A stretch of 53,104 nucleotides of DNA from a virus (IMGVR_UViG_3300044991_002645:1-53104); one strand, 5' to 3'; counted from the stretch's first letter, positions 9,437 to 20,100 are shown. Translations and numbers: made by a program. Notes: a model not told the origin generated them from the sequence alone.

Positions 9437-10396
9437 TCAATGACCTGTGCGCCAATCCATCGGGGTACCCTCGAAGGACACCTTGGTCACGCCAGCGACG
9501 TTGCCGATGGCGGAGCCTATGCACTCGTAGCCGAAGAACTCGAACATGAAGTCCTCGGTCTTCGTGCTGATGGTGACGTCGTCCAGAATGAAGAAGTCGC
9601 CGAAGTACTTGGGCTCGGCGAACGTGTACATCTGGTTGTCCGGCACGAGGTCGTGCTTGAGGGTGGTGTACCATTTGAGCCCCATGATCTGGCGCTCGGC
9701 GAAACCGTTGACGAACATGTCCTCGGCCAAGCTGCCACCGACCTCGTTCCAATCGAGTGCCGCGACGTCCCAGACGGTGACGTTGTTCACCAGGTTGACG
9801 GATGGGCTGAGATGGCGGTTGGAGGATGCCATGCCCTTCATGGAGTGGGCGAGGGCTGAGCGGCTAAGCGGCCCGACCGTCACCCATGGACAGCTGCCCA
9901 GGACCGTGGACGGGGTGTTGACCGCGCCGAGGACCGCGTTGCAGGAGTCCATGAAGGTGCTGTCTTCCTTGTCCATCAAATCTTTGACGAGGTAGTCGTT
10001 GAAGATCTGGCGGATGTCCATGTCGTAGGTCAGTAGGTTGTTCACATCCGCCGTGTAGCGGTACGTGGCCAAACGGTTGAACATGATTTTGTAACGGCCG
10101 GCGCGGATGTACGTGTCCTTCACCGTGGTGGCGAACGGGATCATGTAGGCCCCGGCGCTATTCGGCTCGACGTCCTTGATGATGACCGGTTTGGCGGTCG
10201 TCTCGGAGCGGTCGAAGTCGGACGGCGTGACTTTGATGGGCTTGAGGATGCGGCGCATGAAGCCGTCCTCGCGGAGACGCATGCGCATGAAGTCGTCGAC
10301 TCCCTCGCGGGCCTCTTTGCTCATCATGTTGTCGGAGGAGGTCAGCCCGTTGATGACGGACTCGTTAAGCATCTTGGTCTCTGGATCCAGTCTCAT
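9437..10396 (-). CDS. Probable major capsid protein (HK97 fold)
   Basis: 319 aa with strongly biased codons, RBS AGGAGG and a terminator downstream. It is the last gene of a protease-scaffold-decoration run. REDGFMRRIL and D....ED..F motifs fit phage MCPs. Confidence 0.75.
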   Translation of the reverse strand: MRLDPETKMLNESVINGLTSSDNMMSKEAREGVDDFMRMRLREDGFMRRILKPIKVTPSDFDRSETTAKPVIIKDVEPNSAGAYMIPFATTVKDTYIRAGRYKIMFNRLATYRYTADVNNLLTYDMDIRQIFNDYLVKDLMDKEDSTFMDSCNAVLGAVNTPSTVLGSCPWVTVGPLSRSALAHSMKGMASSNRHLSPSVNLVNNVTVWDVAALDWNEVGGSLAEDMFVNGFAERQIMGLKWYTTLKHDLVPDNQMYTFAEPKYFGDFFILDDVTISTKTEDFMFEFFGYECIGSAIGNVAGVTKVSFEGTPMDWRTGH

Positions 10397-10408
10397 TGTC
10401 TGTCCTCC

Positions 10409-10954
10409 TTAAGCGTTGGCGGGCAGGAATGTGGTCCAGAAACGGAGCACAGACGTACCGTCGCGGTTGGTGTTGGCGGCTTGGCTCACGATTCCGACCA
10501 CGGGGGCTGCCCCGTAGACGTCGCCGGAAGCGGCCCTGGTCACCTTGCCCACGCCGCCGACGGCTGTGGAGGGGACGAGGAGGTCGTTGCACGCGTAGGT
10601 GACGAGAGCATTATACTCGGACGTCTCGATCTCGAAACCGCCCGTGGCCACGACTGCGGATTGGGATCCGCCCGACATGTTGACAGGCCCATGAATCGGG
10701 TCGTAGTCGCTGTTGACGTCGAAATCATTCCAGTTCTGGATGGCGAACATGGGCATTGGTTTGTTGATCGCGCTGCCTGCGCCGCAACCGAGGATCAAGG
10801 ACCCCTGGCTATCGATGGAGCAGATGGAGCCCTCCTTGATGGCCTCACCCGTCTTCATGCCCGCCACGAAATCGAGGCGGTGCATGAGCGGTGGACCTTT
10901 AACTACCTGGAGCAAGCTCCCGAACATGGACCCGGGGGTCAGATTACCTGCCAT
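10409..10954 (-). CDS. Probable capsid decoration/cement protein
   Basis: 181 aa, Gly/beta-rich, immediately upstream of the MCP, with highly expressed codon bias. Confidence 0.55.
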   Translation of the reverse strand: MAGNLTPGSMFGSLLQVVKGPPLMHRLDFVAGMKTGEAIKEGSICSIDSQGSLILGCGAGSAINKPMPMFAIQNWNDFDVNSDYDPIHGPVNMSGGSQSAVVATGGFEIETSEYNALVTYACNDLLVPSTAVGGVGKVTRAASGDVYGAAPVVGIVSQAANTNRDGTSVLRFWTTFLPANA

Positions 10955-11008
10955 TTTAACACCTCTGTTGAACTTTTTTAACCTGTTGTACCTATTCGAC
11001 CTGGGCCT

Positions 11009-11365
11009 TCAGCGGGCTCCAAACCTCTCTGACATGAGCCTGTACGAGGCAGGCTCGCTACCTGACCTGGACTGCTTGGCCGGTCTGTCGCCCGAACCCA
11101 GAGAATGTCCCTGGGCCTCGGCCGGAGCTGCCGACCACGCAGCCAATTTCTGTAGACTCTCCAACGCCTTATCAGGGTCGGAGAGGAACGCGTTCCCTAA
11201 ATTCACGGCGGAGTCCGGATTGACGAACCCCCCGCGGACCAGGGCGGAGACTGTGCGATCCACAGCCTCCTTCGAGAAGCGGGGCTTATCCTCCTGGTAT
11301 GAGGCCAGCAGGCCGTCAACAGTGTTGACGTAATCCCGGATCAACTCTACGATTCCTGGCTCCAT
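11009..11365 (-). CDS. Small head-assembly (scaffold-like) protein
   Basis: Helical 118-aa protein in the head operon with KEA/KLA motifs. RBS AGGAG. Confidence 0.55.
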   Translation of the reverse strand: MEPGIVELIRDYVNTVDGLLASYQEDKPRFSKEAVDRTVSALVRGGFVNPDSAVNLGNAFLSDPDKALESLQKLAAWSAAPAEAQGHSLGSGDRPAKQSRSGSEPASYRLMSERFGAR

Positions 11366-11375
11366 CGTGGTCTCC

Positions 11376-12323
11376 TTAGCCGGCGGTTTGGGCGCGGCGC
11401 ATGAAGTCCTTGATGGCCCCGACGCGTTGGGCGGCCGCCATCTTCTCCTGCTCTGCGGCTCCTTGACCCTCTTGAGTCATCTGCTGGGACGCCGCGACGA
11501 TCTCCTCGGGGGACGCGCCGGCCTGAAGAAGCTGCTCGAGCTGCTGCGCGGCCTGCATGATCTCCTCGGAGGAGAGTCCCTGCTCGGCGAGGTATTTAGA
11601 GATCTGAAGCAATTGATCCCTCTGCTCGGGAGGCATTTGATCCAACATCTGGAGGATGCCTTGCTCCTCGGCCTCGGCCTTCTTCTGCAGCATGCCCTCG
11701 AAGTATTCCTCCGGCATGATGGACTCGGGGTCGAGGGACGCCGCCTTCTCCAAAATGGAGGCGGCCACCTTGGGATCATTGGTCACGCCAGCCTTGATAA
11801 GCTCATTGATGTCCTCCGCCTTCTTTTCGAGGCCCCTGAGGTATCCATGGGTGAACTCGTCGAATGACGCGCTGATGTTCTGAGCGAGGGCGGGGTTCTG
11901 CGCCGCAACCTTCTCGATCAAGGAGCTCTCCTTCTCGACGCCGGCCAGAGTCTGCAGGATCCGGTGGCCTAGACGTTGGGCGCGGGCATGGCTCGCAGCC
12001 TTCTGGACCTCTGGCTTGGAGCAGGCCATTGCGTTGACTTCAGTGGACAGGGTCGTGATAGTGGATCCCGGCATGACGCCAGCCTTGTACGCGCCCTTCT
12101 TGCCGCCCACCGCAGCGGGAACGCCTGTGTTCTTCTCCGCCGGGACGTTGTTGATGGCAGCCTCCGGGGTGCTGTCGCTCTCATTCTTGGAGAGGGCGGC
12201 GGCAGCCTTGTAGACTCCGTTGGCAAGCCTGTTGGCTCTCGTGTCCGCGGCGGCTTTCTCAATGCCGAACTTGCCGAGGAAACTGTTCATCGAATCGATC
12301 ACATCTTTGTAGGGACCAGCCAT
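11376..12323 (-). CDS. Probable scaffold/core protein, rich in KxA motifs
   Basis: Q/E/A-rich and helical, between the protease and MCP. Motifs EKAAA, QKAAS, EKVAA, GYLRGLEKKAE, EKAAS, EKMAA. RBS GGAGG favours the ATG at 12323. Confidence 0.65.
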   Translation of the reverse strand: MAGPYKDVIDSMNSFLGKFGIEKAAADTRANRLANGVYKAAAALSKNESDSTPEAAINNVPAEKNTGVPAAVGGKKGAYKAGVMPGSTITTLSTEVNAMACSKPEVQKAASHARAQRLGHRILQTLAGVEKESSLIEKVAAQNPALAQNISASFDEFTHGYLRGLEKKAEDINELIKAGVTNDPKVAASILEKAASLDPESIMPEEYFEGMLQKKAEAEEQGILQMLDQMPPEQRDQLLQISKYLAEQGLSSEEIMQAAQQLEQLLQAGASPEEIVAASQQMTQEGQGAAEQEKMAAAQRVGAIKDFMRRAQTAG

Positions 12324-12361
12324 TCTATGCCTCCATTCACTGTTTACGTTCACTTTCCATC

Positions 12362-13834
12362 TTAAATATACGCCGCGGTCCTAGCTGCCGCCAGCGAAAC
12401 CGCAGCCTCCGGCATGTCCGCCACAGCGGACACGACGTATTTCACATACTCCAACGCCAGATACCTGGCTTCAGGACTAGTCTGGAGTGAGGCCCTCTTT
12501 TGAATAAATATAACACCAACTCCAGAAGGTCGCCCCATTCCAGCTATCGGATTGGAAGCCAGACGGCGGGATACAACCCCGGGAAGCGCCGAGAACATGG
12601 GAGCCAAGGCGGATGCCACCACCCGGGCCAACCCCCCGGAACGACAGGCATCCCCGTCATAGGAGGAGTCGTCCAGGACTTCGGATGACAGTCCGGGGTC
12701 GTCGCAAACCTCCGACAACATCCCGGGCAACATGGATTGGGCCTCATCCTCGAAAGGTTCTATCTCCTCCCGGCTGGCCGCGGCCACCAGGCGTATGAAC
12801 ACCTTGAAGGGCAGCACGACTCCCGCGGAGGACAACTCCTTGAACAATCCCGAAGACTTAGTCTTGAACAGGTTGCACATGTCGTCGTCAGACAACTCGT
12901 CGGGACATCCGCAGCAGGGTCGGAAGGCGTCGAGGACGGCGTCCTCCCCCTCCGCCGAGGATAGGAACCGCTTCTCCATCCTCGACAGCTTGCCCAGCGC
13001 GGCCGACTTGCGTTGCGCGGCCGACTTGCCTATAGCTAAAAAAGAGGGAATGGTTTTAACCAATCCACACATCTCGGCCAATTCCGCTCCGCCCATGACC
13101 CGGGCGGACGCGACCTTCATCAAACCAAAAGCTATCTTGTCCGCGGGAATCACCACCCCGGAGATGTCATGGAACATAGGGGAATCGTTTATGGCCCCTA
13201 TCCTGTGACCCTCCTTGGTGAGGGTGCACATGGCCTCTTTGAGGTGGCTGCAGTAATCCTCCCTGCGGCTGGCCCTGTTGTGGCAGTAGCTGCACATGTC
13301 CGTGGGGACGTTCGCAGCCATGCTGAAGTAGACTGGTTTGTCATTGGCCAGCTTCTCCAACTCCCCCCTCCATTTATCCTCTTGGAGCCCCACAAGCAGT
13401 TCGCCGCGCTCCATCTCCTCATTGTACGCCTGCTTAACTATGTATCCGCTGGGCTTGCCTCCCTTCATGCTGTTGACGTGGTTCTTGTAGACGGCGGCCG
13501 TCTTCTCGAATGTTGGATGGTACTTTTTAAGACCCCCATCCAGGGCCACCACCCGGAGGCATCCCTTCCCCGGAGCAGCGCACTCATGCTCCACGGCCTC
13601 CTTGTTGAAGTAGTCCCCGTTATTGTTAGATCCATACATCTCCATGGAACCCAAAGAGATAAGGTGCATGTAGGAATGATCGGCCCTGCGTTCGAAGTCC
13701 AATCCGGCGAACATGCCGCCGGACGCCCGCTTCTCCAGCACCGTCCTGTCCAGGCCCCTACTCCCCACCCCTATCAAGGTGGCGGGAGGCATGCCGAAGT
13801 CGAAACTATCTGGAAATATGACTTTGGTCATCAT
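12362..13834 (-). CDS. Probable prohead (maturation) protease with Cys/His Zn-binding insert
   Basis: NNNGDYF, YKNH, FSMAANVPTDMCSYCHN..YCSHL and FHDISGVVIPAD motifs resemble HK97/assemblin-type prohead proteases. Sits upstream of scaffold and MCP. Confidence 0.7.
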   Translation of the reverse strand: MMTKVIFPDSFDFGMPPATLIGVGSRGLDRTVLEKRASGGMFAGLDFERRADHSYMHLISLGSMEMYGSNNNGDYFNKEAVEHECAAPGKGCLRVVALDGGLKKYHPTFEKTAAVYKNHVNSMKGGKPSGYIVKQAYNEEMERGELLVGLQEDKWRGELEKLANDKPVYFSMAANVPTDMCSYCHNRASRREDYCSHLKEAMCTLTKEGHRIGAINDSPMFHDISGVVIPADKIAFGLMKVASARVMGGAELAEMCGLVKTIPSFLAIGKSAAQRKSAALGKLSRMEKRFLSSAEGEDAVLDAFRPCCGCPDELSDDDMCNLFKTKSSGLFKELSSAGVVLPFKVFIRLVAAASREEIEPFEDEAQSMLPGMLSEVCDDPGLSSEVLDDSSYDGDACRSGGLARVVASALAPMFSALPGVVSRRLASNPIAGMGRPSGVGVIFIQKRASLQTSPEARYLALEYVKYVVSAVADMPEAAVSLAAARTAAYI

Positions 13835-15312
13835 TTGGAGGACCCTTTGCCTTTATTTTTATCCTTGCCTGGATCTTTCCCCTTCATGGAGTCGCCCACG
13901 CTCTTCATAACGGGCTCGGTGAACCCCTTGAGCAAAGAAGACAAAGACTGTAGATTGGTGCTCCCCTCGGCAATAGGCTTCACTTTGAGGGGCTCCTTGT
14001 CCAGGGTGTCCGACGGGTCTATGCGCGCGCTGGCCGCCAAATCCCCCCGTTTGGACTCCGCGTCCGACATGTACCTCTCGGTCGAAACCTCTGATGCCAT
14101 CGTGGCGGGATCCACCCTGTTGTCCCTGCCCAGCAGCTCGGCCATGGCTGCGGCAAGATACGGGCGCATGCGGGGATCCGCTAGGCTAGGCCGGGTGTTG
14201 ACTACGACACTGAAGGCCTCCGCGGCCTTGTCTGCTGGATATTTAGCGACGGCTTGATCACCTAGGGCGTAGATGAAAGACTGCCTTAGATCATGGGAGC
14301 GCACGGCTGCGTCGAGCGAGGGATCCCCGAAAACTTTCTCCGTCTTGGGGGACTTGCCCATGTCCGACACTATATTGGCCAACAACTCCGACTGCGTGGT
14401 CACCCTGTCGGCTGTTGTTCCTGCGTAGCCGGCCACCGAGTCGCTAGCCGCACTCAGCATATTGCCGAAACCCCCCATGGCGCCGCCGCCCATAATGCCC
14501 CCAGCCAATGCGGATATGATAGGATACGCGGCGGATTTCTCGAAACCGTCGGCGACCGCGACGGCCCTCTCCAAGGCGGTCATGCGGGCGTCGGCCGCGG
14601 CGAGCGCGTCGGCCGCCATTTTGTATATGCGACCCTTGGGGGGCAAGGCGGCCACTCTGGAGGGCAGACTGTCCAGGGACAGCCCAGTGCGGACGGCCGC
14701 GTATTTGACTAGGCGCTCGCCGTCCGGCCCATAATGGGTAGAGATGATCCCGGCTGCCTCCCTGGCTGCGACAGGCTCCAGTTCGGCGAACTCCTTGGCG
14801 AATCTCAAAGCGGCCTCCTTCGCCATCTGATCGGCCTGACCCGCCGCGGATCGGATATCGGCCAGCACGCCCACGGAGCCATGGAGTCTTTTCTGCATGC
14901 GGTTGCCGTCTAACTCATCCATCGTCTCATACTCCTTGGGGCGGCCCCAGGACGCTGCCTTGTACAACGGGACGGGCCTATCGTCAAAATCCATTCTGGA
15001 GTAGTCATCGAACTTGAGGGGTGCCGGGATGCCCGCGTCCCCGCCTCCGGATTTGTGCAGAAGACCTAGAACGACGTCGGGACACGCTAGGGGGAACGCC
15101 TCGGCCCGCTTCTCCATGGGGGCTTTGGTGATGTGGTCCACCGTCCGCGTCTTGTTGTAGTTGTGGCACAGGAGCGGAACCATCTGATCCGATATCCCAT
15201 GGTCCGCCGCGGATTTGGCCAACAATTGGCTAGGGTCGCCCCTGCAGCTCAACGCGTCTCGCAACGCCGAGGCCAACCTGGTCTCGTCTCTCCTGGAAAT
15301 TCGCTCCACCAT
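13831..15312 (-). CDS. Hypothetical head-module protein
   Basis: 493 aa with EKRA, YKAA and EKSAA motifs and a Gly-rich hydrophobic stretch; coupled to the protease gene. Confidence 0.75.
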   Translation of the reverse strand: MVERISRRDETRLASALRDALSCRGDPSQLLAKSAADHGISDQMVPLLCHNYNKTRTVDHITKAPMEKRAEAFPLACPDVVLGLLHKSGGGDAGIPAPLKFDDYSRMDFDDRPVPLYKAASWGRPKEYETMDELDGNRMQKRLHGSVGVLADIRSAAGQADQMAKEAALRFAKEFAELEPVAAREAAGIISTHYGPDGERLVKYAAVRTGLSLDSLPSRVAALPPKGRIYKMAADALAAADARMTALERAVAVADGFEKSAAYPIISALAGGIMGGGAMGGFGNMLSAASDSVAGYAGTTADRVTTQSELLANIVSDMGKSPKTEKVFGDPSLDAAVRSHDLRQSFIYALGDQAVAKYPADKAAEAFSVVVNTRPSLADPRMRPYLAAAMAELLGRDNRVDPATMASEVSTERYMSDAESKRGDLAASARIDPSDTLDKEPLKVKPIAEGSTNLQSLSSLLKGFTEPVMKSVGDSMKGKDPGKDKNKGKGSSK

Positions 15313-15313
15313 C

Positions 15314-16087
15314 TCACGCCTCCTTGGCTGGCCTCTGAGTCTCCAGCAGGCCCGTCCCGCTGGCCATCAATTGAAAAACAGGCGTGGCCGCGGCGTATAA
15401 ATCCCCGTGGTTCGACCCTGTATCCACCTGCACATGATCTCTAGCTAAATCCGTCATAGTCAGTTCCCTGGGTATGAATTCAAGACTGAAGTCTCGGCGT
15501 ATGGCCTGGCGGACCCTTTCCGACTTGCACATGCGGAGCATGCGGTCCTCCTCTTTGTCCGTCAACTCGGAACCTCGCTCGACACATTTCTTCAGCATCT
15601 CCTCGCCCCCGTAATATCCCATGACCTTCCACACGTGCCGAGAGAACCTAGCATCCTCCGACCCTCCTTGAGCGGGGGCGAGCACCCGGGCCTCCACCCA
15701 GGGTTTGCACGATATTCTCGAAGCCACGTCGAAGAACCACAGCCTATACAGGAGCTGGACCTGCGGTATGAAGGCCGGACCCAAATCCTCTCTTATCCTG
15801 TAAGGAGGCACCCCAGCCAGGATGGCGGCCTCCAGATAATGGCGCTCGCAACCCGGGAAATCCTGTTCCGATATCTTGAAGGCCTGATACTGCACAGGGG
15901 TCACGGACATCAGTTGATCCCTTGGATGGGTCCATTTGGCCACCAACTCCAAGTAGGCGGCCAACCCATAGGCCGCGGGATCCAAATGCAGAGGGCATGG
16001 AAGCCCTTGCTCCCTCGCGGCCACCCACACGTTGGCGGCGGCCAGCCTCCACGCGGGATCGTCCAACAACTCTGATGCCTTGATCAA
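15314..16087 (-). CDS. Hypothetical protein
   Basis: 257 aa, coupled to both neighbours. Confidence 0.7.
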   Translation of the reverse strand: MIKASELLDDPAWRLAAANVWVAAREQGLPCPLHLDPAAYGLAAYLELVAKWTHPRDQLMSVTPVQYQAFKISEQDFPGCERHYLEAAILAGVPPYRIREDLGPAFIPQVQLLYRLWFFDVASRISCKPWVEARVLAPAQGGSEDARFSRHVWKVMGYYGGEEMLKKCVERGSELTDKEEDRMLRMCKSERVRQAIRRDFSLEFIPRELTMTDLARDHVQVDTGSNHGDLYAAATPVFQLMASGTGLLETQRPAKEA

Positions 16088-18144
16088 ACCTTGAACTCCT
16101 CTCCAGGGTCGAAACCCAGCCTGTCGGACGCCGGATTGCTGGACACCGTCTTCCTCATCAGGAACAAGGACATGTCGCCGAGCATCTGGAACACGTTGCG
16201 GAGGCCATCCTCCAGCTCGCGCATCTCCTCGGAGCCGTAGCGGCTCTTGAACTCCTCATTGTGCCAATAAAACAGGAACAGCAGGCGGCCCACCTTGTCC
16301 AGGGCGCGCAGCATGTCAGGGATGCACTCGTCCACCAGCATCAGAGGGGAGTGGGTCTTGGCCAGCAGCTTAAGCACGCCCACATCCATCACATCCTTCA
16401 GCCCCGCGTTGGATGCCTTCACCACGTCCTGGACGCCGGACGCAGGGGTAGCCCCCGTCACGTCCTTGGTCTCCGTGATCGACTGGGACTCCGGCGCGGC
16501 GGCGGCACCCGTGCTGGGATATTCGGCAGCGTACTTGACCAGGCAGGATCTGCTGCGGCCGTCCAGCGCCTCGGACATGACGGAACTCGCGTCCCCGAGG
16601 GACATCCCATAATTGGCCATCAGAAGTTTGAGGGCCGCGCCCTTCTCCAGGGACCCGGAGCAGCCCAACTCGTCGGAGGATATCTCTATCCTGGATCCGT
16701 CGGAGTTGAAACGGACACGTTTGAGGCCCAGTTTAGAGCGCAGGGCATTAAGCGGAGTGTTCGCATTGCCCAGCCTGTAGGCCTCGGCGCGCCTGTCGGA
16801 CTCGCCGACTGACACGACGTACCGGGCCCCCGACGGGATGTACAGAGTGTCCCCGACGCACATCATGGAGCCCGGCTTGCCTGTGAGCTCCAACTGGGCT
16901 ATCCTCTTGCCCTTCGCCCCCTCCATGCCGGGCGAGCGCGCCTTGTAGCGGGATCCGTAAACGTCCCTGCTCTTCTCCACGTACACCTCGTACGCCTTCA
17001 AATCCTTGTCGAACAGCACGAATATCTGGCCGTCCTTCTCGTCCCGTAGCGATGATATGGGTTTGCCCCACGATCCGGCCACGGTCTTGAGGAGGGATTC
17101 CGGCTTGGCGGCCTGGACGTGCGTGTTGCCCGGGATGGCCACGGCCTTGTCCTCCGGCACCAGTTTGAAACTGCCCGAGCCCTCGTCGGGATTGGACACC
17201 CTCTGGGTGTTGGCGGGGAAGAGCACCAGGAATTTATGGTAGGACCCGTCGCCCATCAGAACCTCATGCTCCCCCTGGGCCACGGGGGTCGAGAGCGATC
17301 CGGAGCCCGCGGGTGTCTCGGACATGTACACGTCGGTGTGATCCTCCCGGTCGTCGCGGGCGACGACTCCGACGGAGGCTTTTTTAAGGAGTTGCGAACG
17401 TTCCTGGGCTGTCAAATCGGAAGATCCCATATCCCGGAACGATAAGAATGATTCGGGCTCGGCCGCCGTCTTCTGGATAGACTCCAGGACAGTCGCCGCG
17501 ACGGCCCCCATCAAATCGGAGGGGTCGTAGTAGCGCAGCACCGCGTTGGCCAGGTCGGGCTCGTCGTTCAGCAGGAAAGGGAGTCGCTCGGCCGCCGTCT
17601 TGCCCAACCGGGGAACCCACTCCAGTAGATCGAACGTCCCAGGGCGCCAATCGGCCCTGGACTCATTGAGCATATCCTCGAGCACCATGCCGACGTTGCG
17701 CCCGTCGAAGGACGCCAACTTGTCCACCTGGCCCGCGTAGGGGGCTGTGTTCTGCGCAACCCTCGCGCTGCCTGGCCCGCCCGTGGGCCGATAGCCCTCG
17801 GGGGCCGGCTCGCCTATGCTGTGTGGTTGTTTGCTCTTCACCCATGTGATCCAGCTGTCCTTGTTAGGCAGCATCTGGGACATTCCCGGGATGAACATCA
17901 AATCCAATCCACGGAGCCTGCCGTTCAAATAGAAGACAGGTATGTATATCCACTGCGAACCCAATTTGTAGACCATCACCCCCACCGCGCGGGAGCCTGA
18001 GTCGTCAGACTCTATGAGCTGGAAACCCACTTTGTTGTCCGCCAATCCAGGGGAGTTCTGCGATATCTCCGCGTCAGCCAGTTGGGCCAACGAGGTCTCG
18101 ATTGCCGGTCCCGCCGCCTGCTTAGTGAATGTGGTCAAAGACAT
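16084..18144 (-). CDS. Large hypothetical head-module protein with many KxA motifs
   Basis: 686 aa with KQAA, KLAS, KTAA (twice), KKAS and KYAA. RBS GGAGG with a TATATT motif upstream. Confidence 0.8.
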   Translation of the reverse strand: MSLTTFTKQAAGPAIETSLAQLADAEISQNSPGLADNKVGFQLIESDDSGSRAVGVMVYKLGSQWIYIPVFYLNGRLRGLDLMFIPGMSQMLPNKDSWITWVKSKQPHSIGEPAPEGYRPTGGPGSARVAQNTAPYAGQVDKLASFDGRNVGMVLEDMLNESRADWRPGTFDLLEWVPRLGKTAAERLPFLLNDEPDLANAVLRYYDPSDLMGAVAATVLESIQKTAAEPESFLSFRDMGSSDLTAQERSQLLKKASVGVVARDDREDHTDVYMSETPAGSGSLSTPVAQGEHEVLMGDGSYHKFLVLFPANTQRVSNPDEGSGSFKLVPEDKAVAIPGNTHVQAAKPESLLKTVAGSWGKPISSLRDEKDGQIFVLFDKDLKAYEVYVEKSRDVYGSRYKARSPGMEGAKGKRIAQLELTGKPGSMMCVGDTLYIPSGARYVVSVGESDRRAEAYRLGNANTPLNALRSKLGLKRVRFNSDGSRIEISSDELGCSGSLEKGAALKLLMANYGMSLGDASSVMSEALDGRSRSCLVKYAAEYPSTGAAAAPESQSITETKDVTGATPASGVQDVVKASNAGLKDVMDVGVLKLLAKTHSPLMLVDECIPDMLRALDKVGRLLFLFYWHNEEFKSRYGSEEMRELEDGLRNVFQMLGDMSLFLMRKTVSSNPASDRLGFDPGEEFKV

Positions 18145-18182
18145 TTTCTTCCTCCAATGGGGATTAAGCCCTGTACAAATTA

Positions 18183-18188
18183 AATATA
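18183..18188 (-). promoter_or_regulatory. TATATT candidate promoter motif (one of about 9 intergenic copies)
   Basis: AT island in GC-rich DNA about 39 nt upstream of the 18144 start. The same hexamer occurs at 3001, 7836, 12365, 32472, 38839, 39546, 41364 and 45943. Confidence 0.55.
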
Positions 18189-18191
18189 ACC

Positions 18192-20078
18192 CTAATTTCC
18201 GGGGGTCCAGGCCGATGATTTCTCCATGGGGGATTTGTCCCCTATGGATCTGAAGTTATCGGCCCCGCCCATGAAAGTCAACTTAGAGAAGTATGAGGTC
18301 CCCTTGGGATCCGACAGCGACCCTCTGGACGCCGCGTCGGTCACGGAGCGCATCAGCTGCTCCCCTCCCATCCGAGACACCCAATCCTCGTCCAGAGTCT
18401 GAAAGGCCTGCGCCCTGCCCACAACAGGGGTAAAAGGCGGTGGATCCTTATGGACAAGGACAGTCGAATGCCCGAACTCCCTCAACTCCTTCACCACCGA
18501 CGGAGTCAACTCAGTGCCTATGGTATAGTGCAGATAGGGTTTCTCCAAGTACCTGCCGGCAGCCCTGTCCAGCGGAACGGGCGCGGAGCCTTCCCGAGGC
18601 TCCCACCCCGCCGCCAGCTTCTCATAGGGCACCACGTCGCCCAGTATATGGCCGGGCACGCTATCATCCTCAATACGGACCCTGTCTATGAACGCGCGGG
18701 CCAGCATCTCCATATTTCGGCGGGACGTCGACATCTTGTTATTCTTAAGGACGTCCTTGAATGAATTTATGAAAATCCTACGGGCCTCCCCTATACCCCT
18801 GAGACGGGCCACCTCGGCTGGATTGGACGTTCCCGTCGACAAAGGCAGGCCCCGCTCCACGGAATCCCCCTCGGCCACAGATAGATCCATCGATGGGGGC
18901 ACGTAGTGATCCACTCCCAAGACGCTCACGCTCCAGCCCCCCTGGGGCAGAGGGCGGACCGTCCCCACCCTGCCCGCGGCCTGGGCCAGCGTGGCCCCGC
19001 CGACGAAATGCTCCGGCACCTGGATCATCTGGTTCACCTCGGGCAATCCGGACAACCCAGGCCTGCTTTTGCCTTTGGTGACCGCCCCTGCGTGTTTCGC
19101 GCCCAGCGCCATCTGAGTGGCCGCCTCGGTGAAGGCCTTGACCGCGTTCAACCCGACGTTGTCCCCTATGGGCGGGAGATCCCCGTTCTCGCGCCATCCG
19201 GCTGCAGCCTGGGTTATCCCCTCGGCCACGTTGTTGGCTATGGGACTCTTCACAACGATCCGGCCCCTCAACAGAGGCATGTGATCCTTGCGTATGACGG
19301 TGCCCGCGGGTAATTCCCCTACGGGCCTGGCCAGCACCGAACCTACGTTGTCTGGGTCGGACCCATCCACGATGTACCCCTCGTCGGGATCGCCCCCGTC
19401 GACGGATGTCACCATCAGCCTGTGGGCCACGTTCGAGACCTGTTTGGATAGATAACCCGCCTTGCCCGTGGCCAACTGCGTGCCCACGAAGCCTTTGCGC
19501 GTGGCCTGGGCACCCAGCCAGTAGGAGAAGGAGTCCTCCCCCTGCCCATAGCCCCTCAGCGCGGGCCAGGGGTACGCCTTGCCGTCGGGGTCGCCTATGA
19601 GGTAATCCCCCATGGCTATCTGCATCAACTGCTGTTTGCTGCCGCGGGCCCCCACGTTGACCTGGCCGGCCAGACTATTCTTGTTCTTCTCTAGAATATT
19701 CCAAGCGGATGCCTCGGCCCCATCCCTGTCGGCCATCATCGAATCCACCAGCCGCGTACCCCTCTTCGCGGGATCAGGCTCCGCTTTGGCTGCGGCCAGG
19801 GCCCTGGACCTGACGCCTGCCTTGAGCGCGGCCATGTCGGGCGAGTCCTCTATGTCTTTGAGCGAGACGCTGGCTTCCCGCCCATAGGTGGACACCGTCT
19901 CGTCGCCCAAAGCCAGAAAAACCTCCATCGAGCGTTTATAATCCTCCGGATTGGTGACGGCCAACTCCGTGAAATATTTCTTTATGTCGGGGGTGGTCCA
20001 CGCGCGGTCCGCCCTGTCCTTGTAACCGTCGGGAAGACCCTTGCGCAGCAATTCCCTGCCTAATGTGGTGACGGCCAT
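18192..20078 (-). CDS. Phage RNA polymerase beta' subunit, C-terminal half
   Basis: Bridge helix ATRKGFVGTQLATGKAGYLSKQV (cf. [23 protein letters not shown]), trigger loop GDNVGLNAVKAFTEAATQMALGAKHAG, and GLPEVNQM (cf. GLPRVADL). Confidence 0.9.
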   Translation of the reverse strand: MAVTTLGRELLRKGLPDGYKDRADRAWTTPDIKKYFTELAVTNPEDYKRSMEVFLALGDETVSTYGREASVSLKDIEDSPDMAALKAGVRSRALAAAKAEPDPAKRGTRLVDSMMADRDGAEASAWNILEKNKNSLAGQVNVGARGSKQQLMQIAMGDYLIGDPDGKAYPWPALRGYGQGEDSFSYWLGAQATRKGFVGTQLATGKAGYLSKQVSNVAHRLMVTSVDGGDPDEGYIVDGSDPDNVGSVLARPVGELPAGTVIRKDHMPLLRGRIVVKSPIANNVAEGITQAAAGWRENGDLPPIGDNVGLNAVKAFTEAATQMALGAKHAGAVTKGKSRPGLSGLPEVNQMIQVPEHFVGGATLAQAAGRVGTVRPLPQGGWSVSVLGVDHYVPPSMDLSVAEGDSVERGLPLSTGTSNPAEVARLRGIGEARRIFINSFKDVLKNNKMSTSRRNMEMLARAFIDRVRIEDDSVPGHILGDVVPYEKLAAGWEPREGSAPVPLDRAAGRYLEKPYLHYTIGTELTPSVVKELREFGHSTVLVHKDPPPFTPVVGRAQAFQTLDEDWVSRMGGEQLMRSVTDAASRGSLSDPKGTSYFSKLTFMGGADNFRSIGDKSPMEKSSAWTPGN

Positions 20079-20100
20079 GAGACGTTCCCCAATCTACGGG

